From IMG/VR virus record IMGVR_UViG_3300032226_000438: 20,000 nucleotides of DNA. One strand, 5' to 3'. Below, one piece after another: positions 12,001 through 17,775 of the stretch. The DNA comes from an uncultured virus (IMG/VR IMGVR_UViG_3300032226_000438) (taxonomy: Duplodnaviria > Heunggongvirae > Uroviricota > Caudoviricetes > Crassvirales). The translations under genes were made by a program, and so were the position numbers. A model generated the notes under the pieces. It saw only the letters and a program-made list of their open reading frames with translations. It did no database searches and was not told the origin of the DNA. Each line of letters opens with the position of its first letter. The stretch's first letter is position 1.

Positions 12001-13482
12001 TAAGTCAGAATAAATTGCTTCATTCATTCTTTCTTTAATTATTAAATCACTATTAGCATTCTTTGTAATTAAAGGGTCAACTTTTAAATCATTATATGTT
12101 TTTAATAATTCATCAAATGAACCAACTTCGTTAAGTTTTAACTTAGGGTCTGTTCTTGCAGCTTCAAGCATTTCATTAGCTTTAACTTCATCTTGTTGAA
12201 GTAAATCTACGAATGCTTTTCTAGTCTTATAATATGGTGCTAATAATTTACCACTTCTTAAATCTTCATCTACAGTATTATCCATTTTAGCCAACCTCCT
12301 TACAGCTGGAGTAATAGCATCAAATACTTTACCACCTACAGCACCTAATGTTATTGATGTAAGAAACTCATCATTATTAAAATATTCTGGTAATACATTC
12401 TTAGCTATATCAGAATACTGTTTCATTATTGTTTCTATTCTATTATCAGGCATACCATCTGCTGCCATCTTAATAGATTCTTCTTTAACACCAAATTGCA
12501 AACCTTCTTCAGCTCCTTCAGTAATAGGAACTTTTACAGTTTTCCATGCTTTTTGTAATGTTCTTCTAGCTAAAGATTTAGTACTTAAATCTAAAGCATT
12601 CTCTGCTGCTTGAATACCAACTCTAGTACCAAACTGTTTAAATATACTATTGTATTGTAATAAGTCTAATGCTAATAATGGCATGTTACCAAGAAATGTA
12701 GCTGCTGATGCTTGTCCAGCTTTTTCAGTAGCTTCTTCCATTGACATACCTTCTTCCATATATTTCTGGTATGCTTGAGTACCAGCTTCAGTAGCTTCTA
12801 ATGTTCCTTCTGCCATTCTACTAAATACAGCAGCAGATACTCCAGTATAATTCTGTAATGCTGCACCACTCTTTTCTAATCCTTTAGCTAATAGATTAGC
12901 TGATTTACTATTAGCTGATATTCCTTTTGCTAATTTAGTTGATAACTTTCCAACTGTGGACATAAGTTTAGCACCACCTACTGATGGTATCATTAATGAT
13001 GCTGATGTAGCAATAGATGGAATCATAGATGCCCACCATTTAGCATTAGTAGGATGATATCCTTCTGCTGCATAAATAGGATTATCTTCAGCTACTTCTT
13101 TCTTTAACTCATTTATACTATCACTAAACCAATTACCAAATTCTCTTTCAGTTCCTTTTATAACATTAACCCATTGTGGTATGTCTAATAAAAATCCAGC
13201 ACCCTCTAATGTTCCTAAACCTATTTCTGATGCAGCTTGTATTCCTGCATTATAAAAAGCTTCACTTGTAGGTTGATTGATTAATCTATTTTGTTGTTGT
13301 GTTCTTTGACCCATTGGGTCATTCATTGCTTCAGCAAGATTTCTATCATACTTATTTTTACTTCCAGCAAAACTTTCTTTTAAATAAAAAGGTTCAGTAT
13401 TAGTTTTCAACTTAGTTACATCAATTATACCATCTAAGTAACTTTTACTATTATCAGGGTTTATTATAGACTGATTAGACAT
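1..13482 (-). CDS. Giant multidomain virion (ejected cargo) protein containing a crAss-like DNA-dependent RNA polymerase; at least 4494 aa, 3'-truncated by the window edge
   Basis: ATG at 13482-13480 (MSNQSIINPDNSKSYLDG...), 9 nt after the upstream TAA. I translated most of the frame by hand and met no stop. The ORF track lists no minus-strand ORF in 1-13482, consistent with no stop before the edge. The polymerase motifs are in frame with this start: TDAQAY (3841-3858), FNTAVKVG, GTQLMKLI, YRIPTEDKYS (2575-2604), GLDFDIDK (DFDID 2473-2487), AVVDNGKNP (1693-1719). Confidence 0.93.
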   Translation of the reverse strand, partial: MSNQSIINPDNSKSYLDGIIDVTKLKTNTEPFYLKESFAGSKNKYDRNLAEAMNDPMGQRTQQQNRLINQPTSEAFYNAGIQAASEIGLGTLEGAGFLLDIPQWVNVIKGTEREFGNWFSDSINELKKEVAEDNPIYAAEGYHPTNAKWWASMIPSIATSASLMIPSVGGAKLMSTVGKLSTKLAKGISANSKSANLLAKGLEKSGAALQNYTGVSAAVFSRMAEGTLEATEAGTQAYQKYMEEGMSMEEATEKAGQASAATFLGNMPLLALDLLQYNSIFKQFGTRVGIQAAENALDLSTKSLARRTLQKAWKTVKVPITEGAEEGLQFGVKEESIKMAADGMPDNRIETIMKQYSDIAKNVLPEYFNNDEFLTSITLGAVGGKVFDAITPAVRRLAKMDNTVDEDLRSGKLLAPYYKTRKAFVDLLQQDEVKANEMLEAARTDPKLKLNEVGSFDELLKTYNDLKVDPLITKNANSDLIIKERMNEAIYSDLFKQLETKKGTLSMPEGIDELDLKIDALTQLESYEMQTPSKNLRNIQEIRKRKATYIAEKTKNEIGGTKTTYKPKEGYSWGSRSHRAAINHHANMELADIMASIASSKAIAYESESGSMYAGMDRKIQERLEKIEDLELLRGSEDFDTDEKYINFLQEVQNDRPDLTDEINLILDNLYKENIYDETHPINTLATNSVYKDKDKKNINQLFPIYEANKASALLTREDPSKLRFRNLFSNGISSNQLVTGDKLKYNITPTTGTLIRFDNDEYVLYKIEDNIGFFMSLKDSSDTFKLETSKIKPTDIITTFRKVTDPETNKPLIILPDRAIVVGEGLVVYDRTNIENIVKHDMLAELSNPEVYKIESNRRKELEKADIKIPAIKTIGSDVNLTPFTLGNKNKATRKEAARKLGLKERELVKLSYYEEGSTTLHSIPFMLINGELIDTSNQFYDPEFDRRVFVKAQKYESQIDINNKIYNEINDRYNNKYLELMDDGTLTVTQVTELLKGKKVKPDLYKKINELASLKFRIRSPEDITTILEVISNKGIDIRRRNQLGVDGSIIENGNYEIDGEKFRSTTSLKQSISNSKYPESAPKDKYVKPGNTIDSLHREIFRTTELNRTSLIKKYKDLFSDETVLNDAITVIAKRKDYLEKKGFTFISEGVVLFSRQTKKNIAGETDLIAYDRLGNIHIMDVKTFDEKTYKDYNNEKTGESLSKKDGYRVQLSAYADMFEDRTDFKVSGISVIPYILERSEEGIITGIKTELKESPMESMKVISDIHPLEYRGKIYNSAFEVLEITNKTEGIITPKNINKIFKAKIDHFKKEVLQSNVDKQFTVTDFVAYYKDIIDFYNDYKGLLKEVKESDIKEMATLYSNIQTARGLEGVSDIVITGKQITNNLKTEIDNKQQAIFLSKINKGFFTILDNKIYYLNNNYLRYKSAKEVDYENDFYVIKSGNSYYKANEESYRELDKVYENLISDNVSAEELVVAQQLGFEKISDEDFIPSEMYGYYSIKELVDNTLRLINFTLDEVNEAKENNTSVEVITIANAIDNNIKELTLDKLKEKVTDIESKIENLKSLDGDSLSIEKLQAYIIDENEANLLDNAEKLKQFYEDKLEYYQGQKDYYEQMFNNETESIPKQDIIEKLNFINREISILEQLINSLLELINKVIDVIRNTENLNRNKATLKEKQNIKSYINELIPLLTNAAEQPEITDTDIQELKDLGVVKKGVKRDITNLKTKGSFRKLKNKYIGSIVYVSPGVNVDKFINDIGSEDIIYLDYDKYSIPEVEQILKTKDPNKILIVSNPKLYSIVDNFIILSDPTSDENPKNANSHILENKTIYESLLNDEEFVRKVEFINYGDDLTNFMTEGITPLSDDEISTAESKYSFQYSGLIDSDITYNPYKDSTLVVRGDYFGAESVDEAIYGSFYPRIATDDDGLNNIIGNLMARGVVTLDGETLGTNYTRSQFEELYTNKAKKDLFKKSATILLHKSEKGNLNIVLAYKDTSQDIPQYIPVGLMNTLKQSIYAYTTENDDNKPRARRNIMMSNFIRNEIESLASNVDLSSGKLVEIDYDRVKFTGARTTGLNVTKDYEAVSERINSKTQRPTVYVINKKEIIAQKNLTNEENDILNEYNTDAYEDKFRVFYKTSDKLGKTVILPATLKKYNDAPKEYKKGLKNKITELIELAESSSIVEGVYLNESKLKGVIDEILNNYTNFTYSTPTDFVNSIKGYDDFINKYNINDKNMVINFEDLVSKRDYREKLMSEYLITNVDRDPYVNVQYVFGTTPSKPITGDFDEAIKEEPLIAEGLFYEETDRVYTSRFLILDDDVKKSIRKPLNYETYYRSQSTEVPQFVAEITNKFQDKSDVSYTESFNEFVRSLSSINDLDKYNVIAHILKNTNNSTIKDLRKKYLSDAEFIRDAMYNSERIKDFSVLYNYIEDLKIELNTNNKLIREFYSKVDDAYFLDNEPELDQVTLADASRALLALAIQEKKLDFDDPNKLISIIKGSTEKNFFLNELVLLLLEKTNAANLTTVVKLVKSLRPDIQAIELTEENEFVLVKNTKVKPDSGKLYSTILKGLKVYGYNVDIENESYSHEDSEDISIVEEEKDSKEAWSIVKTFQFPTTTLNKNTKILLQSIISDEKDNLGLNINLNYKLNTAYAMTVDKLVNSKNVDDLKYNMGLYSKSIEYIKRLKSYIDNSENADELYGQLYVAIGNKIRVTYKTVIKDKKQSIYPVLSNRQSAENIISTMLNAGIKTKTEYKYKDIVNALMLSNKEKIDLSKIKEFETILTQILLRYDKNLEIYNSLSDDDFYKRYNYGKNTYTFDTREKGLDNEKYRFTTKELIRELVKYIPKSSNAVHMTVEKTMQYQDTTGNFIGYVQNNTEEHFDKLRKDPLFKKLPVLNRDDRFEVIQVIGYDDQYNDKGTTIGKLDKKLAAEMLLSMHKENSYPVPVPGDSGNMVFVNNVVPIGRNIDIDKELYNLMLFEKDRIESIGNRDRDVKSYRKNGSEYVIFKAIDKILKEDKLEFNEFNVKKAFDKYFEESSNEFIKYLTSLDIIDNEGLLKSKIQGYAKPFIKPGLKLTPKERTDFLNKIKADNILHTKKEINNFLKRFTASYVNITLLTINDPSYYPRIEEVFKRAKQNISPGIDMDMTASYTNPKNTADKVILKDDTEMRITILNDVDDFFTQDPQYREIEQALLSIRKQDVLTQFDNTSETDAQAYIDPIAYRQRMVGLRDWTDADQLIMDELMIGNSIVGYNVANNKVSTDSRFTTIKPFYFYNGSGIKREDNKSFYNEPFQIKDSEMLITPYYGLQKLKNEKGEFIDNPNYNAFYRNILQNKFGYEFNDTTHTVKYVENKRISDLVVFNTAVKVGLPISDKTEDPSTDITDDRNNMYAPVDSNMKGHTITVPFRFWKKQNETPKGHFSKESIYGTQLMKLIMADIPDDATFNIAGKVTTKDAIITMYNKILVEDVNISLKELKEKYGDGKDFNVEKFVKVLQEEMSEDTINMQKALEFTYDEDGNLITSLPLAHPFVTNRVQPKTNAIFKNNVTVRKFVKGFKAANASSYGFKNKPRIVWNVDKNGIETPALGIDHFEIIAPIHDKKIYEFVDKVSKTVDMDALRSTYPELLEGLLYRIPTEDKYSMFKVKIVGFLPNDDSAIIMPPMVTALSGLDFDIDKMFGFFKSTELKYEDYINEVYFKSKSKAKNQLINNITSQYGNDRNNYPEEILKEYNSIVDKYNNEYTNVLREGSTAYNNAMIAYNMYNNSLKSDNTKLDIMRAVLSHPTTLKSQLIPGGFKVIEDAVLNMRFYDMLDENQEFIDKNVTVDIFDKKTDNDKKSILNGNARTFIDPSLWIDTVMAMNVGKDMTGIAANHNAARAIIQQSGIKLLDTLTIKHAGKLENIKVDLSSIYDFNNENTIVRAFSTILSAVVDNGKNPLISYFGLNPSNANIAMAALHLGYPLEDVIYFNKAFTNMLSKSMLTPEQKKLIAADVDKGNNVTIDIDMNSIIKYIKNRKNIEINDVKAGAELLEIEKIIYRNYYILEQLGKEFNDIVTYIQRGNRGGKPTYFENYIDIVNYNNYVKNPEVKYFDVESIKNHFGDEKMFTTRFNMFINEQNDIVNKLLSLPEFFNSDLKELTSFRTLIESRNFIKKIDDKILGKLYNALYYKATVESQSDYFNKMDSQLKSLNEEAFLKIKSKYADNLFINALQIDKSYVGEGLKLQVLSVDFKDKDQQDRITQDWRNLLKSNNDDAKFVGELLAVYSLRTTGFDTTRDSFNHLIPVEFYTDVLKNYSKLLNNKIVELVNNPATGVNVLNMILDKYNFPKNTFNNNNVSVDREENTKEITLLGKRSGDIEVSPLYYNIYNDVMDDYNNVIIVDDNKAFEEEDVNELGSELNPIIVSGFQGYKGGFDNTGKGTPEGDGKDKAMRNIADGFIGEIIDINGLTSTNTSYDILRKKSLKKYGSSYGIGNSKNDSSDYYSIATYQKNQKDIIMLARNKEL
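420..5700 (-). other. Domain: single-chain two-barrel RNA polymerase of the crAss-like / phi14:2 gp66 type (boundaries approximate)
   Basis: Ordered motifs: YPVPVPGDSG; DPSYY...FKRAKQNISPG; ETDAQAYI...YRQRM; KPFY; QIKDSE; VFNTAVKVG; QNETP; GTQLMKLIMAD; YRIPTEDKYS; catalytic DFDID at about aa 3666-3670; IPGGF; GIAANH; SAVVDNGKNP. DFDID is the catalytic loop described for phi14:2 gp66, replacing NADFDGD of cellular RNAPs. Confidence 0.92.
9770..10315 (-). other. Domain: PD-(D/E)XK (RecB/Cas4-like) nuclease embedded in the giant protein, about aa 1057-1238
   Basis: Translation reads YEIDGEKFRSTTS...GNTIDSLHREIF...FISEGVVLF...IAGETDLIAYDRLGNIHIMDVKT...YRVQLSAYADMFE. This gives motif II G-x-x-D (D at 9973-9975), motif III D-x-K (9925-9933) and the RecB-family Q-x-x-x-Y (9829-9843), in the canonical order and spacing. 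Confidence 0.85.
12300..13260 (-). other. Domain: N-terminal Gly/Ala-rich amphipathic helical region, putative membrane-inserting ejection domain
   Basis: Segments IGLGTLEGAGFLL, WWASMIPSIATSASLMIPSVGGAKL, GVSAAVFSRMAEGTLEA, AATFLGNMPLLALDLLQY, ITEGAEEGLQ and SITLGAVGG. The E-G-x-E-E-x-x-Q motif followed by a G-x-x-G-G helix is a pattern I recall from podovirus internal virion proteins. Confidence 0.6.
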
Positions 13483-13494
13483 AATTTAGTTTTA
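13483..13494 (-). promoter_or_regulatory. A/T-rich translation initiation region without a Shine-Dalgarno sequence (Bacteroidota style)
   Basis: The minus strand reads TAA AACTAAATT ATG, with no GGAG-type element and an A at -3. The same pattern precedes 15642 (TAATAAACA ATG). Confidence 0.5.
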
Positions 13495-15642
13495 TTGATT
13501 TCTTAAAATTTCGTTTAATGCTGTAAAATTGTTATTACCTATTTTCATAATATAATCTTCTCCTTTAGTAAATTTTTCTGTTTGAGGATTAAATATTCTT
13601 TCAGTAAATTTTAATACTAAATCACTTCCATCTCCATAATCAAGCATATTATTATTTGCATCAAATTTAGGTTGTGCTATAATAGATACATCACCAACCA
13701 TAGTATTATTATCTAATGGTTGACCACTATATTTAAATGAAGGAATAATATTCATTCCAGCAAGTTGTTTTCCATTACTAAGATTTTCTATTGAAACACC
13801 GCTTAATGGTGGTATAGATGGAAAAAAAACAGCTCTTCCAGGTTTATCTATTGCGTTAACCATAGGTTGAAAACGAAAACTTCTATTCTTTTGTTCAGGA
13901 GTTGCAGTATCAATAAGATATTTATTCCCATTACTATCTTTTATTACATAACTATTAGGATTTGCTAATACATTTTCACCAAATTTACCTACAATTTTAT
14001 AATCAGTATTTTTTCCTGAAAACCATCCTCCTGAAGTAGGTTTATTATCTTTTTTCCAATAATAATCTTCTAATCCTTTTGCTATATCTTTTATCACATC
14101 ATCATTTGGTATTGATTTAGTTCCTTTTTCATTAAACATATAAACATTACTTTCATCAACTCTACCACTTAACTGTGATGCTAAATCAGTTAATTTTACA
14201 CCATCTATTTTATTATCTTTATCAGGAACAATCATCTTTTGAAACATAGATATTTGTTTACTTTGAGAATCTTTATATCTTTTTAATGTTGTAGCATTTA
14301 ATTCACTAACTGATATATCTTTACCTTTTTCTTTTTGTAATTGAATAGCTGTTTCTTTAAGTCCTGGCATTTCTTTATCTAAGAAATCTATAATCTTTTT
14401 ATCTTTTACATTATCTAATGTAGCTAAATTAACAGCTTTTAACCCTAATCCTTCACCTTCAATACTTTCAGGTTCAATTTTCATAATTTTATCAGTAATC
14501 TTGGGATTTTCTATTATTCCGAATTCTGTTTCTACTTTTACACTTTTACCTTTTTTAGTTTTTTTATGATACTCTCCTGTTAATGATTTATATTTACCAT
14601 TAATTTCTCTTTGATAAATATTACCTTCATCATCTTTATAAAATCCATTTAACACTTTACCATACATATCTACTTTCATTTCATCATTAACAGTCATTCC
14701 TGTTTTTAATTTAAGAGGATTAGATGTTTCATTTTTTAATGTAATATCTGAAAGTATTCCTCTATCAAGAGCATCTTGTTTTTCAAGTTCTTTATCTATT
14801 GATTTTTTAGCCATGTGTAATGCTAATTGGTCAGTACTAAACATTGATATATCTCTATCAACATACGCAGCCGCATCAGCAGAACTATAAACTATATCGT
14901 TTACCATTTTCATAGCTTTTTCAGTACCATATACACGTTGTAAATCTTGAATATAAGAAAATGCTTTGGCATCAGACATTACAGATTGCATTGTACCATT
15001 AAATACTGTTTTTAAATCTACAATTTCATTAGTTATTTTATGTGTATATATACCATTAGATTGAAATGTATAATTTTTATCAGCTTTATATTTACCAGCT
15101 ATATCATCTGACATCTTTTTTAAATCTACATAAGAAGCTGGTTGTCCACCTTGAAATGTACTATACTCTCCATTATCATTATAAGACTTAAACTTACTTG
15201 CAGAACTTACATAATCATTATAAATATCTCGAGTTATATCACCTTTAGCTAATCTTGATTTTAAATCTTCATTCCATTTAGATGATGCTTCAGCATTAGC
15301 TTTAAAATTATAAGCTACACCTCCAGGTTGATTAGATTCAATCATAAAAGCTTTTATATCTCTTAATGCTTTTACTCCTTCTAAAGAATTATTAGTTCTA
15401 AATGTTTCTACAGCTTTATCTTTAGCTTCTTTTATTGGATTCAAGTATTTACTTTGTACATCTTGAGCATCACTAGTTAAGTGTGCTGGAGGTTGTATTA
15501 TTGATACATCATCAAATAACGATTGCATTCCAGTAGCAATATTAGTTAAAGGAGTTATATCAGGAACAAGATTTCTCTTCTCTGGCACATATAGTGTAGG
15601 GTCTAACTTTGCAAATGTTTTTCTAAATCTACTTATAGCCAT
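13492..15642 (-). CDS. Putative ejected cargo / internal virion protein, 716 aa (positional equivalent of crAss001 cargo gp46)
   Basis: Long ORF with ATG start and TAA stop, tightly packed between the first cargo gene and the RNAP-containing gene. No catalytic motif recognised. The product call rests on synteny. Confidence 0.65.
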   Translation of the reverse strand: MAISRFRKTFAKLDPTLYVPEKRNLVPDITPLTNIATGMQSLFDDVSIIQPPAHLTSDAQDVQSKYLNPIKEAKDKAVETFRTNNSLEGVKALRDIKAFMIESNQPGGVAYNFKANAEASSKWNEDLKSRLAKGDITRDIYNDYVSSASKFKSYNDNGEYSTFQGGQPASYVDLKKMSDDIAGKYKADKNYTFQSNGIYTHKITNEIVDLKTVFNGTMQSVMSDAKAFSYIQDLQRVYGTEKAMKMVNDIVYSSADAAAYVDRDISMFSTDQLALHMAKKSIDKELEKQDALDRGILSDITLKNETSNPLKLKTGMTVNDEMKVDMYGKVLNGFYKDDEGNIYQREINGKYKSLTGEYHKKTKKGKSVKVETEFGIIENPKITDKIMKIEPESIEGEGLGLKAVNLATLDNVKDKKIIDFLDKEMPGLKETAIQLQKEKGKDISVSELNATTLKRYKDSQSKQISMFQKMIVPDKDNKIDGVKLTDLASQLSGRVDESNVYMFNEKGTKSIPNDDVIKDIAKGLEDYYWKKDNKPTSGGWFSGKNTDYKIVGKFGENVLANPNSYVIKDSNGNKYLIDTATPEQKNRSFRFQPMVNAIDKPGRAVFFPSIPPLSGVSIENLSNGKQLAGMNIIPSFKYSGQPLDNNTMVGDVSIIAQPKFDANNNMLDYGDGSDLVLKFTERIFNPQTEKFTKGEDYIMKIGNNNFTALNEILRNQ

Positions 15643-15648
15643 TGTTTA

Positions 15649-17775
15649 TTATTTTTTAGATGCAGCTTCTCTTGCTTGTCTATCTGCTTCTGCTTTTAAT
15701 GTTTTTCTAGTATCAGATGGTTGTCCAAATAGTTTTGGTATATTTGTATAGTCACCTTCTTGAATCATTTTTAACATCTTTTCCAAATTAGCTCCTGATA
15801 TTACATCAGGATTCTCAAATGCTGATTGAATGATTTTAAGTTTAGCATTTTGTACAGCTAACTTATCTTGTTCACTAGCTATATCTTGTTCATTACCTTG
15901 TTTCATAATCTCTGTTCCAAGATTATTTATATTCTCTACAAATGCAACTCTAGCATCTTGTGTAGCAGCTTTATTCATTAATGTATTTTCATCAAATCTA
16001 GCTAACTCTTGTTGTATTGCTGATGCCTTTTGTGTTTCATATCCAGCTTTTTGTGCAGCTAGTTGATTCATTATTTGTTGTTCTTGTACTCTTAATCCTG
16101 CTGCTTGTTGTCCAGCTCTTTGATTTACTGATTGCATATTAGAAGTATATTGTCCAGCAGTAGTAGCCATATTTCTAATAGCTTCTTGAGATTTACCTCT
16201 AGCTTGTTCAACTTCATTTAATGCTGGATTCATTGAGAATCCTGTAGCTTTACTCATTGCATCATCAGCTCTGCCAAAATCAGGAAGTCTTAGTGTTTCT
16301 TTTTGTGCTGGTTGTAATGCATTAAATAGTGAACCAGCCATTGCAGAACCTTTTAACATTAATCCACTCTTTAACATTTCTGATAACTTATCTCTTTGTT
16401 TAGGTTGTTCTACTACATCTAAAGAGTTTTGAGCATTAGTTCCAATATTAGGAGTTAATCCTTGATTAGAATAAAAACTTTTTAAAGCATTAGGAATACC
16501 TATTGTTCTATCATATTCTTTTATTCTTTCTGCATCATCTTCTGCTTGTGTTTTTTGTGTTACTACTGGAGTAGTTTGATTTGTAGTAGTTGATGGATTA
16601 ACAGTTGGTGGTTGAACACTTTGTCCAGTAGTTGTTGTACCTATACTAGGTTTTTTTTGTACAGGAGAAGGTGGTTGATAAAATCTATAAGTTCCATCAT
16701 CATTTCTCATTACAGCTTTATCATCTTCGGTAATATAAACCATGTCTTTTAATGCAATTTTACCTTCTTTTAATTTTCTTTGTAAATCTGTAAAACGTGT
16801 AACTTTATTAGAATCAAAAGAATAATCACCAATTTTTTGAATATTACGTTTTAAACTTACTAGATTTTCTGATACATTTTTATTATTAAATACTTTTGTT
16901 GTACCATAAGGATTTAACGGGTCTGTATTTATATTATCACCTAATATATATTTAGGTAATGGTTTAACATTTAGTTTACCACCATTTTTAGCATAAGTTG
17001 TATTTGGTAACTTCATAGCACTTCCTTGAGTTTGTAAATCTTGTACAGCTGTTTTATCAAACATAGCTTTTCCTAAATCAATAGCGTAAGGTGCTAATTG
17101 TATTGCAGCACCAACTCCTTGTCCAATTGGACCAAATGCACTAGCAATACCACTTAGTCCTGAAGTAACACCTTTAACTTTTTGTTTACTAGCAGCAGTT
17201 TGTGCTTGTTGCATTTCTTTACTTACATCTAATGCTTTAGTATCAGAAGTTATTTTAGGATTTACAGATTGAATTTTAGTTGGTAAATTAAACTTTTGTG
17301 AACCTGATAGTAATGGAGCAATAGGTTGCATAGGAACATTAGTTAACTCATTTTCTGGAGTTGATACTGCTCTGTTTGATGTAGGAATTAATCCACCTGG
17401 GTCATATCTTTTTAACATTCCACCTAATGCTGCTTGTTGCATTTGTGATTGCTCTTGTTGAGCTTTTAATACTTCATTTAACTTAACTGATTTATTAAGT
17501 AGATTAGTTCTTGTATTATAACTTATTCTATCATTATTTTTAAATCTATCAGCTTGTTTAGCCATGTTAGCTATTCCTAATTGTTCTGATAATATATAGT
17601 TATCTTTAGGATTAGTAGGATTATATCTATAGTTGTATTCTCCACCTTCAACTTCAGCTACAGCTTTATTAATGTCTTTAGTCTTGTTGCCTAAAGCATT
17701 AACCATTATTCCTCCTTGTTCGTGTTTGTTACCTTTATATTTCTTTAAAGATAAACCTGGTGCTATATTCTTCAT
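15649..17775 (-). CDS. Putative ejected cargo / internal virion protein, 708 aa (positional equivalent of crAss001 cargo gp45)
   Basis: ATG overlaps the upstream stop (TAATG) and the gene ends in a double TAA TAA. It has N-terminal GNKHEQGGI...AEVEGGE motifs, repeated xxGG motifs, a glycine-zipper segment (aa ~202-228), a P/T-rich linker and a Q/A-rich coiled-coil C-terminus. It lies directly after the muzzle-like gene. Confidence 0.7.
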   Translation of the reverse strand: MKNIAPGLSLKKYKGNKHEQGGIMVNALGNKTKDINKAVAEVEGGEYNYRYNPTNPKDNYILSEQLGIANMAKQADRFKNNDRISYNTRTNLLNKSVKLNEVLKAQQEQSQMQQAALGGMLKRYDPGGLIPTSNRAVSTPENELTNVPMQPIAPLLSGSQKFNLPTKIQSVNPKITSDTKALDVSKEMQQAQTAASKQKVKGVTSGLSGIASAFGPIGQGVGAAIQLAPYAIDLGKAMFDKTAVQDLQTQGSAMKLPNTTYAKNGGKLNVKPLPKYILGDNINTDPLNPYGTTKVFNNKNVSENLVSLKRNIQKIGDYSFDSNKVTRFTDLQRKLKEGKIALKDMVYITEDDKAVMRNDDGTYRFYQPPSPVQKKPSIGTTTTGQSVQPPTVNPSTTTNQTTPVVTQKTQAEDDAERIKEYDRTIGIPNALKSFYSNQGLTPNIGTNAQNSLDVVEQPKQRDKLSEMLKSGLMLKGSAMAGSLFNALQPAQKETLRLPDFGRADDAMSKATGFSMNPALNEVEQARGKSQEAIRNMATTAGQYTSNMQSVNQRAGQQAAGLRVQEQQIMNQLAAQKAGYETQKASAIQQELARFDENTLMNKAATQDARVAFVENINNLGTEIMKQGNEQDIASEQDKLAVQNAKLKIIQSAFENPDVISGANLEKMLKMIQEGDYTNIPKLFGQPSDTRKTLKAEADRQAREAASKK

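Noticed and set aside
1..13482. Stop-codon reassignment, frameshift, intron or intein as the reason this region is missing from the ORF track
   Set aside because: The start codon, nuclease, DFDID and left edge are all in one frame with no stop found. I noticed no intein or homing-endonuclease motif. The gap is explained by the stop lying outside the window.
15830..16066. 78-aa plus-strand Cys/Ala-rich ORF
   Set aside because: Antisense shadow of the Gln/Ala-rich coiled coil of the 708-aa gene. The Cys richness comes from reversed CAA/GCA codons.
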